64,000 nucleotides of DNA. Source: Ramazzottius varieornatus (lineage: Eukaryota; Animalia; Tardigrada). The notes below the pieces were generated by a model. That model searched no databases. It was not told the origin of the DNA and saw only the letters and a program-made list of their open reading frames with translations. A program made the position numbers and the translations under genes. Numbering within the stretch: the stretch's first letter is position 1; each line of letters begins with the position of its first letter. Location: positions 1,885,620-1,949,619 of the forward strand of contig BDGG01000004.1 of NCBI GenBank assembly GCA_001949185.1, written 5' to 3'. This document shows, piece after piece, positions 57,398-64,000 of this stretch.

Positions 57398-58640
57398 AAC
57401 GATTCTTGGATAATTCAAGTTGTAAAGCAAGCTTTTTATGTTCAAATTCACGTATTTCATTTCTTTCTTCTCGGTCTCTCTGTTTCTCATCATACTCGAA
57501 CTGCCGTTGTGACCGACGTTCTTCCCGTTCTTCTTCGGCAATCTTCTGTGCCAGCTCCTACTTCTTTTCTTTTAGCAACAATTTCCTTTCCGCGATGGCT
57601 AGCTGATCCCTTGTACTGGCATGTAAAGCTTCGGCGACGCTCAGTAGTTTCTGTTGAGTTTTGCTTTCCTGCACCTTCTTCTCCGGATTTCCTGACAACT
57701 TACTCTGCTGGGTGGAGTTGACCGAGCCGGGAGTACAGCGAGGTGGACAGCTGAATTGTCAGCCATGTCGAGTTCTCGGGTCTAACATTTTCTTCCGCTC
57801 ACTTGAATCTTAGGACAATCAGAAGATTCGAGTGAGCGAAAGTCATTATTTTCGGCCTGAGAACCTTGGCATGGGTGACAAGTTTACTGTTCACCTCGTA
57901 ACATGTTGGGTAGTCGCGGCAGGAAAATCATCTTCGGGTAAGTCCGGTAGGCTAAAGTCAACTTCCGGTGGCACGGATTCATTATACGTCACAGAATTAC
58001 TTGCTTCCATCTCGCCTTCTTCACCCTCTGAGTCTCTCGGGTCAACCGACTTACGCAGTGTATCTGACGTGTATGCTGGTTCCATGGCAGCTCGATCGGT
58101 AAAGACTGGACGTAGTCTGAACCAGTAAGGACAATAGTTCAGCACGATGCCTGTAAAACAATAGTCTGCATTAGTATTGAATTAGGCTGCGTATGACGTA
58201 ACGTGCACGATCGTAAATCCAATGGGTAAAAGCTACCTCGAAAACCGCGCGACTTCTGGGTACGGAGTTACCTTTGTTCGTTGGATCTTCCATATTCTCC
58301 TCAATAGGTCTCTCAGGATCAGGATTATTGCAGACAGAGCCGCTGGCTTTTAGAAAGGCCAGAGCGAGCTTGTACCCCTTTTCCAAGTGGACCAACTTGT
58401 TTTTGATCATGGTGCTGTCCCGTCGAACGCCGAGCTGACCCAAGTAAATGGATATCTTCCGGTAGACTGCAGCTTTGCTCACTTCTGTCGTCTTCATTTT
58501 TCCCGTCAATTTGATCTTCTTCCCAGCTCCTTTGAGCAGCGCGTAGTTGGCCTGATCCTCGACTCACTGTATCAGATGTTCTTCCTCTCCTGGCATCCAG
58601 ATTCCGTAACCGCGCGTCTCGCCGTTGTCAGAGCCAGCGG
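57387..58640 (-). pseudogene. Harbinger accessory Myb/SANT (trihelix)-like protein with a coiled-coil tail and two in-frame stops
   Basis: IWMPGEEEHLIQ*VEDQANY...IKNKLVHLEKGYK|...CPYWFRLRPVFTDR|...E/K/R-rich coiled coil. Stops at 58564-58566 (TGA) and 57558-57560 (TAG). 5' end approximate. Confidence 0.75.
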
Positions 58641-58955
58641 ATGTCTGATCGTTGCTTGTTACCCGCTTATCTTGAAAGCGAAATTTCGTAATCCACTTTC
58701 AAGATCAACACAATCAACGGAGTTTTTTGGCCTGTCGTGAGGAGGACTAATGACATGGACTCACCATGTCCAGTTGTACGGAGAATCAATGGCTAATTAC
58801 AAGTGTAGTTCCGTATTTCAACTAGGTCAGAAATTACGCTGTCCCTACCACGTTCGCACTCCTGCTCCTCTGACTTCACGCAGATATCAATAGTACACAC
58901 CTGACCGCAGCAAGAACTCTGCAACAAAAATTCTTCCCAAAAATACACTGCTGTA

Positions 58956-59099
58956 CACGCGCCTGGCCTAACTGTTGGCATGGACAAAGAGTTGGCAGCC
59001 GGCCGAAAGCGGTAATGGCCACCTTAATTTGATGTACGTTGCCGCTTTTGACGGGCTGCCAGCTGTGTTTTCCATGGCATCAGTTAGGCCAGGCGCGTG
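58956..59099. mobile_element. Fold-back MITE family B (~144 bp)
   Basis: CACGCGCCTGGCCTAACTG ... CAGTTAGGCCAGGCGCGTG is a perfect 19-bp inverted repeat, with imperfect pairing over ~60 bp per arm. Flanks are TA and CA. Confidence 0.75.
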
Positions 59100-61107
59100 C
59101 ACACCCTTGCATAGGGGAAACTCTTTCCTTGTACAGGGGCAGGTGTTCAGCCAAAGGGTGGCCACTGGTCAATCGTTACTTGTGGGTGCGCAGAGGTGCG
59201 CGTTGGTTATCGAATGCCTCTCATTAAAACCAGCAACTTGATGTTGTTAGATGCGTTCTTTAGCCCATAGGAGCAAATCACCCAGTTCCAAATGATTTTT
59301 TTTCATCTACGCGCAAATTCCACTCAATAAACCGGAGAAGCGGTTTTCGAACCACGTTCGGAACGCTATTTTAGAAAGAGTAAAAATGATGATTGGTTGA
59401 ATGACAAGCTAAGTTGGGCTGTACTTGATCTTGCTGGGCCTATCTGTGTCTCCGATAATTCGCTGAGAAAATCATCCGTCCACGGTCTACCGGTGTTTGC
59501 GAAAGTTATACACAGCGTTCATCAAGCAGTTTGCGATTCAGATAGATCATTGATTATCATGAAACGATGGTACGAACAATCAATCAGCGCCTGGCTTGAC
59601 GCTTCACCCGCGTGTCCGTCTATCCGAATACCACCGTCTTCGTTGTTCGACTTGCGGTCAGGCAACAGACGCTTTCTTCTAGACGGGAAGAGACCGCTCC
59701 ATGCAAGCTTTGACTTATCGAGATCAGGACTTCACCACTTGTTGATTAATTCTGTCTGCGCAGCCGCCTATTTCAAGCTTGGTTGCGGGCCCGATGGAGG
59801 ACTGTAATTAAGTGCAAAGAGGAGCGGCAGCTTTGCCAGTCTCTGAACCTGGATGGTTCGTTGCTCCTAACACAATGGTTCGGCAGCTTCATTTGAATCA
59901 TTAACTACGTATATGGTATGTGGACAGTCATTCTTAACACCCTGATTACCACCGTACTCATTGTGAGTACAATACGGCACTTTTTCGCTCCCCATAATTT
60001 CCATTTTGCCCGGTTTGAATCAAACTTTTTTTGATTGCCTGGTCTGCGGTCATATCACCGAAACGCAGCTGATGACCACTGGTCAGTACAACTTCCGCAG
60101 GCTGGAAAAAATCCTTACGATTTCGGGCAGTTTCGGGAGTATTTTAGGTTTCCTGGGAAAGTTGATCGGCATGACGTCCGGTGGGGAAGATACCTTTTCA
60201 TGACCAAAACCATACTTTTAAAATTCCGTGTTCGGTTATGAAGCCCCAGCTTGATCTTAACGCACGTGAGACTGTCTAGCTTGTAATTTAAAACCAAATA
60301 ATACCATAAAATAGCCACACCAACTTGGCAAGAAAATTAAAACTGTTGAATTTGGCCATTTTGCCGGGAAATCCTCCTTGCGGCAAAAATTGTGACTCTC
60401 GCCTCAAACGGTAGATTCATGCTTTCGACCATTTTTCATGTGGCCAGGTCCTCGTTCTATTTGTTTTAAATAAGATCACCGCAGGCTGTCAACTGCAAAC
60501 TCAGAAATAAATTTTGGAAATGGACTCCGAAAACTACGAAAGTTGACTGCAGTTTCCACTGTTCACCATGCCTGGTTTCACGCCGATTTCGACGTCCACT
60601 GGGCAGATTTCTAACCAGTTATTTTTTAGGAGGTTAGAAAGAGTATTTTAGACCAAAGAAGATCAGTTTCGAAGTTGCGCAAAAATCCGGTCGAAAATTC
60701 TCTAATCTTATAGGTGGTAGTCACTTGGCCGCATCGGGCTGTAGTTACTTTTCACAGGACAGGACCACTGCTTCGGGCGTGGGAACTGCCGGCTGATAGG
60801 AGTGCCACTTAAAACATTGCCCCACGCAACGGAAACGACGACCCGCGCCCTCTCGTCAGTATCAACCGGATTAAGGAGAAAGGAATTTGAAAGGCTGGAG
60901 CAGTAGATTTTCGATTGGACATCATTCGCACGCCAGCGAACGCAACGTCGGAAAGAGCGCGTCACCTCCAAGCTTCAAGTGCGAACGCATGCACGATACG
61001 TCTCAATCGGGAAGGCTGTACATCACTTCCGCGTTCTCTTCCAGCTGTGGACTTGCAGTTCTTTTCTGATCCTTGCCTTGCAAAAGTTGAAAACATCCCA
61101 CTTCAAA

Positions 61108-64000
61108 ATGTATGGTTTACTTTTAGAAGCTATTGCTGACTTCATCCGGAAGAGTTACGGCGAGGAAGCGTGGAATAATATCCTTGTTGATTCCAACATT
61201 GGAATTACCACTTTCGGAATCCACGACGTGTACTCGGAGGCCTATATTCCCAAAATAGTCGATGTCGCGTGCTCTTCGCTCGGCGTCACGAAGAACGAAC
61301 TGCTGATGCGGTTTGGCGCCAGTTTTGTGGACTTCATTCACGAGTATGGATATGAGAAAATCTTGCGGGTTCTGGGTCGTCACTACCGGGACTTTCTGAA
61401 CGGACTCGACAACCTGCATGAGTAAGGATCCTGCTTCATAGTTTCCGAACACTTATTAGTATACACTTCCAGTTGTTGCAGATACCTCAGGTTCGGCTAC
61501 CGGCATCTCCAGCCGCCTTCCTTCTTCGTCGAAAAGGAGACGAGTCACGGTCTTATCTTGCATTATCGAAGCCGCCGACGATACTCAGGTACGAACGCAA
61601 TGAGTTGACCGCTGTTACTAGCTTGTTTCTGGCTTGCAGATACCCGCAACCGTAACGATGGTTGATGCTTGAACAACGGCGACTCTAAAAAGGGGTGAGA
61701 CTGATACCTTGTGATTTTCTGCTAACAGGGTACGTCGACTACGTCTGCGGACAGCTGAAAGCCGTCGCCAAAAAATTTTATCGGAAAGATGTCCACATTG
61801 AAGTTCTGTCACGTAGCTTCATTGGGTCGCGGGTGCGTGTCATCTTCGATGTTCAGGTTAGACCTAATGGGTTTCTTCAGTTTGACCATATGGGTAAAAT
61901 CCCGTATATAAGTAATCAAAGTGTGCCCGGAAGATTACATTCCTGGATGATTAAGCTTTAAACGGGTAACTTGCATTTTTACTTCAGTTCGACAACGAGG
62001 AGTTTCTTGGAATCAAGCTGCCGAAAAACAGCTTTGTGCGCGACAGGAGCTTGTCAAAAGTTCGATCCGACCTATTCTTCCGGATGTTCCCATTTCATAT
62101 TGGTAAGCCAGGTTTTTACGAAGTTGGAAGACTAGGTGCAGGACATGCCATTATTTACTGAGTATAATTATGATGACCTGTCCTGAAAGTAACCTCCTCG
62201 GCTTCACTCTAACCTTGTTAATCACAATGCATGACCGCTGATCCGTTTTGTTTCTTCCAGTTTTTGATAGCGAAATGCTGATTACACATGTCGGGTATGT
62301 GGACTGCCGTAATTACTACCGTCCTTTCATTAGTTTTCTTATTGACGAGCTCGAACCTAGCAATCATTTTGCAGATCCGCGCTTTTTGCAGTGAAACCGG
62401 GTAAGGGCTGAATGAGGGATCTCCCGCCAAACTGTATCCTGAATTTGCAATGTCTTCACTCCTAAATATTGACCTTTTATTCGCTGCAGATATAATTGGA
62501 TATGATATAACGCACGTGAGTGGATATTAGCTGAGCCGGAAGGTTGCATGCACTGATCCGCGGTCTCGCGCTTGCACTTTTTCAGGTATTCGATCTGATC
62601 AAGCCGCTCATCAACTTCAGCTGGGATCAGCTGTTGATCCACGGTAAGAATGGCTGTGGGATCCGTATAACGAGGTGCCATCGGCACTGGCGCTTCTTAT
62701 TACGCTCCCTTCTTTAGTGAATAACGCCTTTGAGCTGAAAACAATCGATCGAGTACAAAGACGAGGAACCCCTGTGAAAAACAGTCAGGAAAAGGATGAG
62801 ATCGATACCGGTGAGTGCGTCTATCTCCATCGCCTTCGCTGTTAACGCTCAACCCAGAGCACGTCAAACTTAAGGCTCGTATTTCTTTAATGGGTCGTCT
62901 GATTGAAAAACAGGAAGTAACAGGGTCACATCATCAAATAAGTTTCACGGCTAAGGTCACGGGCCCCTTGCTCGATTACCGAGATATCTGAGCTGTTTCT
63001 CTTTCCAGAGGACGGTAGCTTAGATGCGGACGACAGTGACGACGGTGTTGCGCTTTCACGGAGCGGTGTGCATCTTCAATTAAAAGGAGAAATGAAGCCT
63101 ATCTCAAGCCTAAACTGCTTCTGTTTTTTGGGAACCCTTGTGTTAGTATCTCCTCTGGGTTTCCGCTTTCGCGCTGTTGACTGTAATTTAATGCCTGATT
63201 GAATTTTCAGCATGTCGGATCTTTCTGTTCTCTTCAAGGCAGGACTTTACCTCAACGACCTCAGGTACGCAGTTTCGGTGTATCGTACGCACTCGCTTCA
63301 CCGTGCTGACGCTGCTGAGATATGGATGGATGTAACTGAAAGCCAAATACCTATTTGCAGCATGCACGATTCGAGTCGGGACCTCCTGCTGGCGGGGACC
63401 CAGCAGGTGATCATGAATGGACAACAAGACAATAACAGTGCACGTTGTCCATTGTTATACTCATCACTATTTTCTGGTGGCTTAGTCAGCCGAACTGAAG
63501 CTGGCTCTGGATCAAGAACAGCAAAAAAGCAAAATTCTGGAAGAAAGTATGCAACGGTTGGAGGTGAGTTCTACAGTGGAACCAGACTACTGTATTAGAC
63601 TGTTTGTCAGCATGTACAGTGCGTAGTAAGTGGCACTGTGGCTTTTTCAGGAAGAACGAGAACGAACGGCGGAACTGTTGTATCAAATGATACCTCGAGA
63701 GATCGCAGATAAACTTCGGAATGGAGTCCCGGCTGAAGACACCTGGCAGGTCTTTTCATCCGTCAGCATCCTCTTCAGCGACATGTACCAGTTCGTCAAC
63801 ATCTGCGAGAGTTTGAGTCCTCTGGAAGTGGTGTCGCTGTTGAACGCCATGTACGTCACCTTTGACCAGCGGACGGAACAGCATCATGTTTACAAGGTGA
63901 AACTTCCTGTGCTACCCAAGTGAAATAATTTTTGGCGCCGGGTTGTGGTCTCTTGGTATTCTCAAACTCATCGTGACTTTTCTCGCAAGGTGGAAACGGT
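61108..64000 (+). CDS. Atypical (O2-sensing type) soluble guanylate cyclase, Gyc88E/89D-like; continues beyond the right edge
   Basis: H-NOX MYGLLLE...LGRHYRDFLNGLDNLHEYL...HYRSRR; PAS/HNOBA MFPFHI...GLYLNDLSMHDSSRDLLLAG; LLYQMIP; VSILFSD...VYKVET. Confidence 0.9.

Larger units (their letters stand above)
55874..58748. mobile_element. Complete PIF/Harbinger-superfamily (PHIS) DNA transposon, 2,875 bp, inactivated
   Basis: Perfect 15-bp TIR AGTCCTCCTCACGAC (55874-55888) / GTCGTGAGGAGGACT (58734-58748); 3-bp TSD AAT on both sides; two convergent intron-containing ORFs. Confidence 0.92.

Noticed and set aside
60068-60112. CTGATGA...GAAA resembling a hammerhead ribozyme core
   Set aside because: Stems I-III cannot be formed around the core.

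Overview
This is intron-rich eukaryotic DNA from a compact animal genome, with roughly balanced GC, mostly 55-100 nt GT-AG introns and short intergenic spacers. An oig-4-like gene and a Gyc88E-type cyclase suggest an invertebrate, probably an ecdysozoan; a tardigrade is plausible, but that is inference only. Hand-splicing gives about 18 host genes. In order they are: diaphanous (partial), ADCK5, PLOD with a nested antisense oig-4-like gene, a CFAP107-like NWE-motif protein, a CARD-like caspase with a VACRG active site, G-protein beta, RPB3, eIF2-gamma, NIP7, SLC33A1, a chimeric surface protein, a divergent SP-RING (PIAS/Siz-like) ligase, beta'-COP, FoxL2, SLC35E2, USP5 and an atypical soluble guanylate cyclase (partial). 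Mobile DNA comprises one complete but nonsense-inactivated two-ORF Harbinger-superfamily element (15-bp TIRs, AAT TSD) and two MITE families. The standout is the 14-exon gene at 34477-39282. It joins a signal peptide, a 4-cysteine LDLa module and an EGF domain to three tandem modules resembling bacterial RTX/T1SS giant-adhesin Ig-like repeats, and ends in a GPI-like tail. It is a candidate domesticated bacterial adhesin. All family assignments come from recognised motifs, not database searches, and exon boundaries were read by eye.
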